The position numbers and the translations under genes were made by a program. From contig MCFE01000122.1 of NCBI GenBank assembly GCA_002104905.1, forward strand, positions 1 through 64,000: a stretch of DNA of 64,000 bases. Direction: 5' to 3'. Below, piece after piece: positions 1 through 11,300 of this stretch (the first letter of the stretch is position 1; every line of letters starts with the position of its first letter). A model generated the notes under the pieces. That model ran no database searches, had not been told where the DNA came from, and saw only the letters and a list, made by a program, of their open reading frames with translations. The DNA comes from Basidiobolus meristosporus CBS 931.73 (Eukaryota > Fungi > Basidiobolomycota).

Positions 1-346
1 AGAGAGTTGCGTGTCCGGCAGAAGCGAAGAACAGGCCATAATCAGCAGGGTTTAGATCAGAAGCCTTATGAAGCTGACTGTTCAACTTGACATTGAACGG
101 ATGCTTTGGGTCGTGATAGATCTTCTCGTCGTCCCCAGATAGAAAATCCTTTTCCAAAGAATGATCATCTATCCCGTAGTGGCCAGTCTCGGAAGCAAGA
201 TCCACCTCGAATCCGGCCTTGACTAGCTCCTCGTAAGGATGCAGGGCTTCTGTGTAGAACAGCCCAGTTTTCGAGCCGTCAGCATAGAGCGGACCATGAT
301 AACTGGTAATGGATAGCAAGGCTTTGCGAGGGACGTTGGCAGGCAT
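1..346 (-). CDS. HSP31: DJ-1/PfpI family Hsp31-like glyoxalase (5' part; runs off the window)
   Basis: Manual translation from ATG 346: MPANVPRKALLSITSYHGPLYADGSKTGLFYTEALHPYEELVKAGFEVDLASETG...FFASAGHATL. The TG-x-x-x-x-EALHP and SAGH motifs are typical of the Hsp31 class. Confidence 0.85.
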   Translation of the reverse strand, partial: MPANVPRKALLSITSYHGPLYADGSKTGLFYTEALHPYEELVKAGFEVDLASETGHYGIDDHSLEKDFLSGDDEKIYHDPKHPFNVKLNSQLHKASDLNPADYGLFFASAGHATL

Positions 347-807
347 TGGGAAGTTAATGATGGCCACCTAAGCATGATCATCGGCTTTTATAGATTAGCA
401 GAAGGGTGATGACACCATATCTTGGATAGTATTCGTGTGGACGAGAGCAACTTATCCTCGGTTTATCGTGCATGGGTCTTACATTCCTCATCGACCCACA
501 GCCACTCCATCCCTAAAATTGACTTGATTAGAGGGGAAAATGAAACATGACTTGGTGAATCACCGCTTATCAGAGAATACCCACTTAAATGGCATTAGAA
601 ATGAGTGCTGAAAAGAGTGCTCACCCCTTTGGCAAATCGGACGCCTACAAATTACATGGATGCATCAACACTCATTCCAGCCCCAATGCCGAAGAGCCCT
701 CCTCATTGCCAACTCTGTTCCCCGGTAGATAGTTACGTGTACCCAGGGAATACCGAGGGTGGCGTAGTAAGAGTTCTATAGCTTTTTCCAACAAGTAAGC
801 AACAAAT

Positions 808-863
808 CTGTGAGATGTGTTGTGTTTATGGATGACTGTGAGATGTGTTGTGTTTATGGATGA
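808..863. repeat. Perfect 28-bp tandem duplication
   Basis: CTGTGAGATGTGTTGTGTTTATGGATGA occurs at 808-835 and 836-863. Confidence 0.95.
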
Positions 864-1067
864 ACTAATGGTTTTGGCAATTCAATCGTCACTTTCTGTA
901 GCCATTTATTCATCCCAACATACCAGCATGTTGTTTACACCAAGTACCATTTATAGCCGGACTCGTCGGGCCGATGTGCTATTTATGGAATAATCTCCGA
1001 TCTTGGTCATTCATCATGCTGAACAGAGAATGTTAACTTCCCGCGCGTTTATTAAGTTTATAGAGGA

Positions 1068-2052
1068 TCAGATTGCTGGTCCCTTGTATCCTTCTTGTCT
1101 CAAATAGGTCTCTAGATCGACGAAATCTCCGAAGGCTTCATGAGTTGGCTTCAGGTCAGCATGAGCAAAGTATCCAAATTCATGCCAAAATTGATACATT
1201 TCAACAAGTGGCGCTAAATTGTATGGGGCAACTTCAGAGCGCTCCTCTGCTGATAGACAAATGGCACGTGTGGGGCGTCCGGTGGTTTTTGTAAAAATGT
1301 CAGTAAACTCGCGAATGGTCATGTAGTTGCTTGCGAAATAATAAGTCTGGCCGATAGTTTTCTCCGGATTCAAGAAGCATTTCAAGACGCTTTTGCCTGC
1401 ATCCTTGAGATGAATAGGTGCAAGTTGAGTATCGTCTGGAACAGGGTACAAGAATTCCAAAGTGCCATCCGCAGCTGTTCGCATGGGCAATAGACCACTT
1501 GTGGCGTTGGACATATAGTATCCGTACATAACCACTGTTACTGGCAACCCTAACTCCTTAACGTACTCTTCGATTCTTGCCTTATTTGAAAAGTGATATA
1601 TATGACGGTATTTTCCATTGGAAAGTGCAGTCGAATCTAGCAGAGAGCTGTGAATAAAATGCTTAACATTAGCCTTTTTGGCGGCGTCAGCGATGTTGCG
1701 GCCTTGTGTGATTTCGTGCTCTGGTTGGTGAATCTTGTAGCTTTCCATGGTGTTGGTGGTCGAGAAAACCCCGTAAACACCTTCAAATGCTCTGTCAAGT
1801 TCTGCGGGATTGTCAATATCGCATTTGACCATCTCTACGCCCTGACTTATGAGCTGCTTTGAAGCAGGGGAGTCAGGATTTCTGGTAAGCCCTCGAACTT
1901 GGAATTGGCCATCCTCCAATAGTGCTTGGACTACGAAGCCACCTACAGAATAAACGATATAAGTTGGCGATCCACTATTCAGTCAGAGGAAAACTATACT
2001 TACCTTGGGCACCGGTGGCACCGACAACGGCAATTAGTTTCTTGGAACTCAT
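1068..2052 (-). CDS. NmrA/HSCARG-like NAD(P)-binding protein (2 exons)
   Basis: Exon 1 is MSSKKLIAVVGATGAQG (Rossmann GxxGxxG). A GT-AG intron spans ~1943-2003. The protein continues VRGLTRNP...EITQGRNIADAAKKANVKHFIHSS...HFSNK. Confidence 0.9.
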
Positions 2053-2552
2053 CAAGAAGGAATCAAAGGGAAGAAGAAAGGTAGCCGTTTGAAATAATGC
2101 AGTTGCGAGTTTTTGGGCCACATTATTAAGGGCGGGTAAGCATGTTCTGATCGGCGCACTGATTATACCCACTCACAGGCAGCCCCGCTGTATCGTAGTA
2201 CTGTCATATCAGTCGTAGCTGGGGTCCATTTGGGCCTAGATTTAATCAAGGTGATGGAAAACTCGCTAGAATATTTAACAGTGGGCACGTCAAATAATCA
2301 GCCAGCCTTCAGACTTTACCCTTCGATATTGGCGGACTGTCTGTTGTTTCCTTCAGAGAATGATTGGTGTTCAATTTCCCGAAATTCTCGGGTAATCCTA
2401 TGGCGCTCGAGGATCAAGTGACCATGTATAGAGTTCAGCCAAGAATCTCGAAGCATTTATCCTTTTACGTGCTATAACCTCAACTTGGCTTCCTTAACAA
2501 AAATTTCTCTACCTCTGACCAGACACCAATTAGTTCGGTTGATTCCCAACAC

Positions 2553-4338
2553 ATGATTGCAAACGCAAATACCCCTTTTGTTTCTGGCACACTCTATGGA
2601 AATGGAGGGAGTAACTCAGACAAGATCATCGAACTAACAGCTCCCAAAGGCCAAGAAGAAGGCTCAAAACTAGGCGTAGAAGTGGATTATTCTTATTTGC
2701 TCCCCAAATTCTTATCTTCGGGACATCCACACACCTCGCTTGATGCCTATCCCACCCCTGTCGCTTCCCCTTCATCAAGTAAACCTAAATCAGATGATGA
2801 CGTACCGACTATTCCTATGACGAAGGAGAATATTCTCAACTATGCGTCAGATAACTCGAACGATTCCAACAGTTCTATTGGGGAAGCTAGCACATTTTAC
2901 CCCAAGGTCTCTGAGCATTACCTCAGGTTTGATTTGGTATCATTAGAGAAAAGCAAAAAGGAACTCAAGTTGACTTTTGACGCAAAGGTTGGTATTTGTA
3001 TTGTTCAAGGAACCTCGGAACCATGCTAAGAGTGAACTTCCCTGCTTTAGACCAACATTCCAAAATATGTTCGCTCGGAGTTTACTGGGGTTGAAAGAAG
3101 CTACTCCGAATTCGAGAAGCTGCATAAACACTTGATTAATGCATATCCAGAATGTATAGTCCCTGTTCTTCCACCAAAAGAAGTTGAGCTGGCCAATGAC
3201 GACTTGGCCAATACTTTGATCAGGAATGGCTTTAGTCAGTTTCTGGCCCGACTCTCCGCACACCCCATCCTACGAAGAGACGATGAGTTACAATCCTTTA
3301 TAGAAACCAAGTTTGCGGTTAGAACATTTGCTGTGGATGTTCCTGAATATAAGATATTAATCCAGTTGCTTCAATACTAGTATACCCCAAGGATCAAGAC
3401 TGGTACTCTCAAATCTACCCGTTACAAGGCCAAGGGTCATAGTGATACGGCGGATCCTTTGGATGCTGCATATGAAAGCCTGACTAGCTTTGAGAAGGCC
3501 ATTGTTCCTTGCAACAAACTGATAGGGAAAGTCCACTCGGCACAGAAAGGTACATAGCGGTACACACAGCTGCACGTCTTCATTCATGAGGTTCGCCTTC
3601 TTATAATCGTTGTAGTGTTTTTAAATTCTGAGAACGAGCTTCGCCAGAAGCTTTCAGATTGGTCAGAGAAGGAAAAGGATGTTCTACTCTCGCGGTAAGC
3701 TGGCTTTGCATCCAAGTTGAGAGCTGTAGACTAATCCGCACGTAGGTCACTGTGTGACTTCATGAAGACCCTAGAGATCAGTACCAATATCACCCAAACA
3801 CAGGTTAGTTGATGTTGATGAAGACGCATTGAGGTAGCGTGTAGCTGATCGAGCGGGAAATGTAGAGTGAATATGAAGCTGGGCACCTTAGTTATTTATT
3901 TGGGCAATACCACAAAAGAACTCTGTACATTAAGGTAATTGACCACTTTCCTTGTATGCGACCGCATCAACCACCAACTCTTTGACGGATATTAGACTCT
4001 TCTTCAAAACCGCCTGAGTGTCGAGAAAGAGTACGAGAAATCTGTGGATACCTTAGAGAAAAAGAGACAAGCATTGGTGGTTTTAAAGGCATCAGGGACT
4101 ACCAAGTCCGAGCAGGTTCAAGCTGGAATAGATGAATTTGAAGAGGTAAAACACTTACGGATACCCCACCACTTCCACCCTACTAAGCATCCACGACATA
4201 TAGGCCAAGCAGTTCGAATCGTACAAAAAGGCGCAGTTCCAAAAAGTAGACCGGCTTCTACGTACTGAACTTGGAGTTAACGACAAGACCAGGGCCTCGG
4301 ACTTTTATGAATGCCTGTCAACTCTAGCCAGGCATACT
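2553..4338 (+). CDS. VPS17: Vps17-like retromer sorting nexin (PX + BAR), multi-exon
   Basis: PX motifs VERSYSEFEKLHKHLINAYPECIVPVLPPK and FLARLSAHPILRRDDELQSFIET are followed by helical BAR exons (MDTLEKKRQALVVLK...EQVQAGIDEFEE). GT-AG introns separate the ORF fragments. Confidence 0.75.
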
Positions 4339-4857
4339 ATTAGAGCAGAGAGAGCGAAGCTTAATTCATTGAAAGAAATCATGGATGGTTTGAAATGAAC
4401 AAACCCCCTTGTATTTTGGGAACAGTCTTATAACCCTAATGTAATCAATGCGTGTACTCTATAGTTACTTGATCCCGTTTGTCCACCTACCTCGACAGTT
4501 GGGCCTTGATTGTGTGATCTAGCACATCTGATCGCACACAGTCGGCTTCTATTCGGGTTCGTCAGGAAGTTGTATGACGATAGCAACATCACGTCCCTTA
4601 ATCATTCTCGTTCACAACTTTATTTACTGTAATTTGGTAATTCACTAGGTTTTTGTGTGTATTCCCTTTTCTCTTGAAATATTTGACTTGTAATAAATAC
4701 TTTGAATCAGTTGGAATGCTCCTTTCGATCTTTCAGCGGTTATATTTACATGGACACAATCACATAAGCTATACCAAGGCCAGATATCTCTGTAGTGCCT
4801 GATGAAAAACCTGTAATATTAGTCAGACGTACATCCAGCCTAGTAGACAGTTGGTTG

Positions 4858-6167
4858 TTAACCCAAGTTCCAGGGTAAATCAGCAACTCCGGGGAATATG
4901 GCGGTGCGTTTCTCCGGGCAATAACCGATTAGTTGAGCCATTTCGGGGCAGCTAGCTGAGTAGCCGTGGCTGTGAAGGGAAGTAATGAGCAACAGTGCTG
5001 CATTGAAGCATTACAGTTTACTTGCCTTTGTCTGAAGGGGTTCCTAGACAACTTCTTGTCTAATAGAGAACCATGGCATCCGTATAGATCTCGTCTGAAT
5101 GGCTCTAGCGAATTTACACTCTAACAATGGGATTAATCAGGGAGCGGGCTATTACTTGCAATAAGCACTCATACCTCGCCAACTGTAGGAAGATTGTTCA
5201 AGCTACCATCTATACCAACATAGTGGAATCTAGGGCGTCCACAGGTCATCAAATACAAATCTTCAACAACCGAAAACCTAGAGCTCTTACCTCTCTTCTG
5301 GAATCCCCAGTGCTACTCTGTGAATTTCAAAGAACCTCGTTCTTTTAAATTCAAAACCAACGACCGTGATATTCTTAGGGTAGCTCCCAGTTACTTCATG
5401 AAATCTGCACAGACTAAACAGCACGTTCTCATACGAGTCCCTAGCGTGCTCCTCAGTTGTGGTTCGATCCGAAATTTCCCGGGTATCCAGCAATCCCATC
5501 CTTTCTGCCAACATCTGAGCATCAAGACAACGTAAGTAAACAAGTAGTAAAACTCTCGTCAAGGGGCTGCTCGCGAAAGAATATTTCGCCTCAAGCGACT
5601 CGGATAACTACTACTTACCCAGTAGCTTTGCGCCTCGCTTCGTGCACCAGCGTTGTTTCTGGTTTGCCCACTAAGAAGGCGAAACAAGCTTTAGTTACAA
5701 TGCGCCAAGCTAGCTTTTGGCTGAGATAAGCGTTTCACAAACCCGCTAAACACCAACAACGAGTTACTTCTATCCTTAGCGAGAGAAACGCCTTTTTCGA
5801 TATGTTTCAAGAATACGCTCACTTGGCCATTTTTTTGGAACTCCTCTAGTACCCAATTCTTATCCGATTCTAGCTGCTTTCCATACTCGTCACCTTTATA
5901 AATAGCGTGACCGGCAACAATAATAATTTCATCTAGATCACTGTATCTCGGTGAAGTCTTGGAGTTCTCTAAGCCGTTTACGAAACTGATTTGGTCCGGT
6001 CCCCTTGTTTTATCGTTAAGGAGGAATACGTGGATTAGAACAGTAAGAATCAACAAAGTCGCGAGAATAAGTATCAGAGTGATGCGCTTTGTGGGTCTGG
6101 TGAGAGGCCTAGAATATTCGGATATTGGTGGGATGTTAATTCGTATGCTTTGCGCTTTCTGATTCAT
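4858..6167 (-). CDS. DUF218-like (YOR238W-like) single-pass membrane protein, multi-exon
   Basis: An N-terminal TM helix is followed by IIVAGHAIY, LLVFSG, TTEEHARDSYENVLFSLCRF, ITVVGFEFKRTRF and DLYGCHGSLLDKKLSRNPF...HGYSASCPE. Confidence 0.75.
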
Positions 6168-6519
6168 CTTTAGTTGCAGCTACTTGGTAAGAATCAGAGC
6201 AAAGTTGCATGTACGCTATGTGAGATGGTTATATTTCAAGACAGTTTGTTTAGAATCATATGACAATATTGCATCAATGTAAGATGATTTAATACGGACA
6301 TTAAACAACCAGAATGACCAGAATGATTAGTCACGTGTAAAAACCAACATACAAGACACGTGGTAAGGTAGGGATTGTCAGAAAGAAGTGCTAGGTAATT
6401 CATACTCATGAAGGCGAGTAAAACACAAATAAAACTAAAGCAACAATGATAACCAAGAAATGACGGGGTTCGTATCTAGCGTTGAAGTAAAACACTCCAC
6501 AATGTCGGTAAGATAAAAT

Positions 6520-7232
6520 CTAACTGATAGTGCATTTTTCACTCTTGGTGCGCCGTTTGTAGCTCTCAAGATACCGGAGCTGTTTGTTGTTGATAGCTCC
6601 CCGACGTCTCTCACGTATGAATGAGACACTATCTAGTGGTGCCATACCATATTCAATCAAAGCAATCGCCACTAATACCGGAGCTCTATAACCGAGGTAT
6701 CAACAAGGTGCTACTGAAGCGAGGGAATATTGATATACGAACCTTCCAAGGCCAGCGACACAATGGATCGCTATCGAGTGGTTATCACTCTCATCATCGC
6801 TTCCAAACCTCTTCTTGACCAAATCCATCCAATTGTTGACAATATTGAGAGGAGGTGCATCTCCATCTGGATAGCTCCAGTCCTGATAAGATGTATCACA
6901 TTGTCAGCTCTGCAACGTGTAACAGCATATAACCTATTGTGACAGGTGTACTTACGTGCACAGCGATATTTTTTCTTTCGAGTGGCTCCTTGGAATAGGT
7001 TGGTTCACATACTCGTACTACATCAATCACATGATATTTCTCAAATTCCTACAATGCATGCTTAGATGATGCGCTAAGATAAAGAGACACCAGGACATAC
7101 CTTCAGATAAAGTGGGAGGTTGTTGTCTGAGGGGGCGTCAGCAATAACGAACCGAAGGTTTTTATATTCCACTAGCGTAGGCGGATTGATGAGGCGAGGA
7201 TGGGCAAAGTTTGTACTGGTGATTCTGGCCAT
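6520..7232 (-). CDS. PRL: PRL/PTP4A-type prenylated protein tyrosine phosphatase (4 exons)
   Basis: Spliced translation: [39 protein letters not shown]...VVRVCEPTY...[11 protein letters not shown]...[24 protein letters not shown]...[11 protein letters not shown]...CTIS*. It has the CX5R loop and a C-terminal CaaX box. Confidence 0.92.
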
Positions 7233-7742
7233 GGCGAGATTCTTTCTTTAGGTGAGGTCGGTTGGTCTGAGTGGGTATAGCTTGATTGAGGGAAAGCACC
7301 AGTATTGAAAATATCCTTAGTAAGAAGATCAGCCGAGAATGGCGTGGTGGCTCAAGGAGAAACTTACTGTGAGTTAGAGAGGTTGATTAAGCTTGATTAC
7401 TATAGCAAAGCTTCAAAAATGGCAATGGACAGGCTGAATTCAAGGAAAAGTAAATCGGATGGAGAAAATTAGCCAGGATCAAACATTGGAGGAGGTTTTG
7501 TGAATCGAAAATAGAGTGTCAGTAAAGTTGTTGGCGCTAGGCAACAAATTTGGCACTGATTGTTCAATAGGAAGAAGCGAAAGAGAAGGAAAGAGGAAGG
7601 TTCACAGGCTATATGAACACAAAAGTATCATAAGAATTTGCAGAAATCAATGAAGATCAAGAGAACATTTAAGTTCTATGCTTAATTAAAAGAGAATTTA
7701 TCTTGCTAAGAAATCCTTGATCGGGTATTAAGATACGTCAAA

Positions 7743-7856
7743 ATGGAGAAGAGATCCATGCGAGCGAATAGGATGGAGCTCCCCAGTTACTTGGAAGTGA
7801 AAAACTTGCGTTTCAGATTACCAGCTGTCGATCACCAAGGTGCGCTTCACAGGTAG
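7743..7856 (+). pseudogene. Possible degenerate inverted copy of PRL exon 1
   Basis: The short ORF MEKRSMRANRMELPSYLEVKNLRFRLPAVDHQGALHR* matches [11 protein letters not shown] of the neighbouring PRL gene. Confidence 0.4.
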
Positions 7857-8345
7857 TAACTCATGTAATCAGCTTCGAAACCATATTGATCCAGGCTTGC
7901 TCATCGAGGAATTCTCTTTTGACATATAGACGCGTTGACTCAGGGGCCGTGGTCGGGTTGACATCTCTGGTAGATTGCTTGGAGCTTTTGTTTATTGACT
8001 GGGAAATTGGCTTAGGTCATCAATAGGGGAGCAATACTCTCATAAATGGCAATTGGAACACGGAGTAATCATTCAGCCAAATGAAGATAATGACTATCGG
8101 AGCAAGAACACTGCTGAAGACCTGGAAGCTTGAGATCACGGGATGCAACCTGAACCAACCATCCCATTTGTGGAGTGATTAAGTTATGAGCCCAGTGTAG
8201 AATCGATAGTTATATAATTGGTTGCCTCCATTAGCTCTGCTGTTACTTCCTATCTCGAATTAGCATTTACTTGGTTTTGATTGTTCATTGGAAAGTAATC
8301 AGTCACGTATCTTCAACTTGAAATTATCCAGAGTGCAGCCAACAT

Positions 8346-11300
8346 ATGATACCAAGCCCGCCTAACTTGAAAGATGCCTTTCAAGATTCCCCCCAGTACC
8401 GCACACAGCTCGAGGACACTCACTTCTTCATCCAAAACTTCGAAGCAATAATCTCTGTTTGGGTAGAAAAGGCCAGAGATTTTATAAATGTTATTAACGG
8501 TATGTTGAAGAATATGCCATGCATTATCATCGACCTTTATCAATATTCCGCTTCTGCTAACCGGCCGATAGACTTTAGCACTTCTACGAATGAGCTTATG
8601 GCAGAAGCCTCTAAAATCCCTTCAACCATGAGCGTCGAATTTGGTAGTGTTTCAAGAATTTTGCTCGACCAAGTTTAGATATCAAGCTAACGTTTTATAG
8701 CCGATACTATGTCGAAATTAAACGATTCCTTAGTCTTGATGGACGAGCATTTTGTAACGACTATGGAGGCTGGAATCATCGGTAACAGCTAGTGGGTGCT
8801 TCCTAATAGGCTTCCCAGCACTTATCACGTACTCCATAGAGCCCCTTCAGAAATTCCAAACCTCGCTAAATAACATGCTGGCCGTATATATCAATTCGCC
8901 CATCTCAAACAAGTACTCTTGTCTAATCATTTACTTTTACAGGATGCCAAAAATGGTTTGTTTAAAGCGTCAGAGGAATACGAAGCCTCCCTGAACGAAT
9001 ACGCGAGCACACCAAGTTCGAGCTGTCTTCGACGAGACGAAGTTTGGGAATTAGTTCAAGGTTTTTTTCAAGAGCTGCATTCTTACTGGCTTTATGTGTA
9101 GACAGCGAAGGCATTGTATTTGGCCAAGGAAAAGCTATGCCTTGCATCGGTGCATTATGCAACACTTCTTAACGAGATCCCAGCCATTCGTGAGGCGTTC
9201 GTCATGGACAAGGTAGTCTAATGTGAGAAAATATCGTAGTCTTTCCCAAACTCAAGGTTCCTTCTTAGATAAGCAATCTACTCTCGAGCTTATCTGCTTG
9301 GGCGACCCAAACTCAAATAAACATCGAAGCATCGGTCCCACTAGTCAAAAATGCAATAGAATGCATCGAAGAGGTAAAGAAAATCCACTCTTGCAACTCA
9401 GAGCAGCTTTAACAATGGTCGACAGAATTCTTGTATTGTGGACTTGAAGAGCCTAAAGACCGATATGAAAAATATTCCAGACTTCGTTGAGGTATCGTCT
9501 CCCGTGACTATGGTTTATCGTATATCCTTGGGTTCACTTACAATACGATGAAGACCGAATTACTCAAATTTCGGCATTCTCTTGGGATTTCGAGTCGGTG
9601 GAGAGGCTATCGCTATCGCAAATATCGGACTCATCGTTCGAATTAGATCTACTAGGATATCAAAAGAAAGCAGGGTATCTGCTGCAGAGAAAACCAAACT
9701 CTCCTGGCGGATGGGCCCGGTACTCCAGTTCTTCCGGCGAGATGAGGCTCCAACTTCGACTAAATCCAAATATTGCTATAGGTTCTATTATCATATACAG
9801 CTACCAGAGGGGCTGTTCATCCAAGTCGCAGAGGTAGGCCCCAATTCCAATTGAACATGAACTGTAGAATAACAAATTGTCAATCAGGAGCATCCGTTGA
9901 TTATTGACTTGCGATCGTCCTCAATTAGGGAAGCCGAGTGCGAAGGAAGGTCATTCGTTTTTGAAATAAGCACACCTCCAGTTCTGTAAGTGGCTTGGTC
10001 TGGTTTTTTACTGCAACCTCTAATCCAGCGCGACAGCACAAATTATTTCCAAGCAGAAACTGAAGCGGACATGATGGAATGGATTTATGCTCTACGGATG
10101 CAGCAGAAATCAGATTCGCTTACTAAAGACTCAAACTCGGACTCCGGGCTGGTAGCAGGAGTTTGTTATTGACTTTCTCACCGTCGACTAATTAGTAATC
10201 TCTAGTCCTTTCCGCAGAGACGCCCAAGTCTTTATAGATCGACTTCTTTTGGATCCACAGCTTCGCAGAAGAACGGATCCGAGGTACGAGTTAATCCCTG
10301 CTTATGTATGATCAATGTACTGTCATCGTATTCAATATTCTCCCTATGTATTAGATGGGATCCGAGGCTGTGAAATCCGGGAGTCTTTTGATTCGTGGTG
10401 AGTACGGCATAAGTTGGTCAGTGCGAAACATTGTCCGGGCTTAACTCTGTACATGGCAATCTAGATCTTAAGAGCTGGAAGTCCTCGTCCTCCGGAAAGG
10501 ATCCCCTTTCTTTACCATCGAACTGGCGCAAGGTGGTACTGATTGTAAGATCCAACGGGATTCTTTATCAGTTCAATGCGCAGGTATTATGAATTAGAAC
10601 CAAGGTTTTAAGCATAATACACTAATGCATGCTATTCTGTTAGGACAAAACTGTGATTGAGAACATCAAACTTCGCGACGTCTATAGAAATCAAATCCAG
10701 ATGATCGACGAATCTGCATTGAAGAAAAAGAACTGCTTCTATCTTCGAACAAAGCAACGGGTCTGCTTTTTCATGGCGGAGAGTCTTAGCGAAAGAAACG
10801 AATGGGTGGCGATTCTGAAGTCGTTTGCACAACCAGAGGTTCTTGGGTTCTCGGATGGTTCTCACTTTTGTTACCGCTTGGACAGGTCACTCTGGATTCG
10901 AGTCATCGATGCCAGAAACATTGGCCAGTGTGATCCGTATTGTATAATAGAGATGGACGGAGAACGGCGTGCCAAGACAAGTGTCAAAAACCGGACCAGT
11001 GCACCTTACTGGCGAGAGGATTTCCACTTCAGGTGCGTGCAAAGGAAGAAGCAACGAAGGATAAGAGCTAATTTCGTGATTCATGTTTAGCGATATGCCA
11101 GTGCTTAACCATGGAGTAGACATAACGCTCATGAACCACAACAAGCTGCAAAAGGATGCCTATATCGGTAAGTTATCTCTTTTCGTCTCCTGCAAGTGTC
11201 CCACGAACTCAGATTGACGCACAACCCAGGGAAAATCACCATTCCTCTCAGCACTATCAAACGTGGAGAATACTATGAGGGCTGGTATCCTATCGTTCAT

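Noticed and set aside
4508-4580. SECIS element (ATGA...GA near hairpins)
   Set aside because: Stem geometry and apical AA do not fit, and neither flanking gene needs an in-frame TGA read-through.
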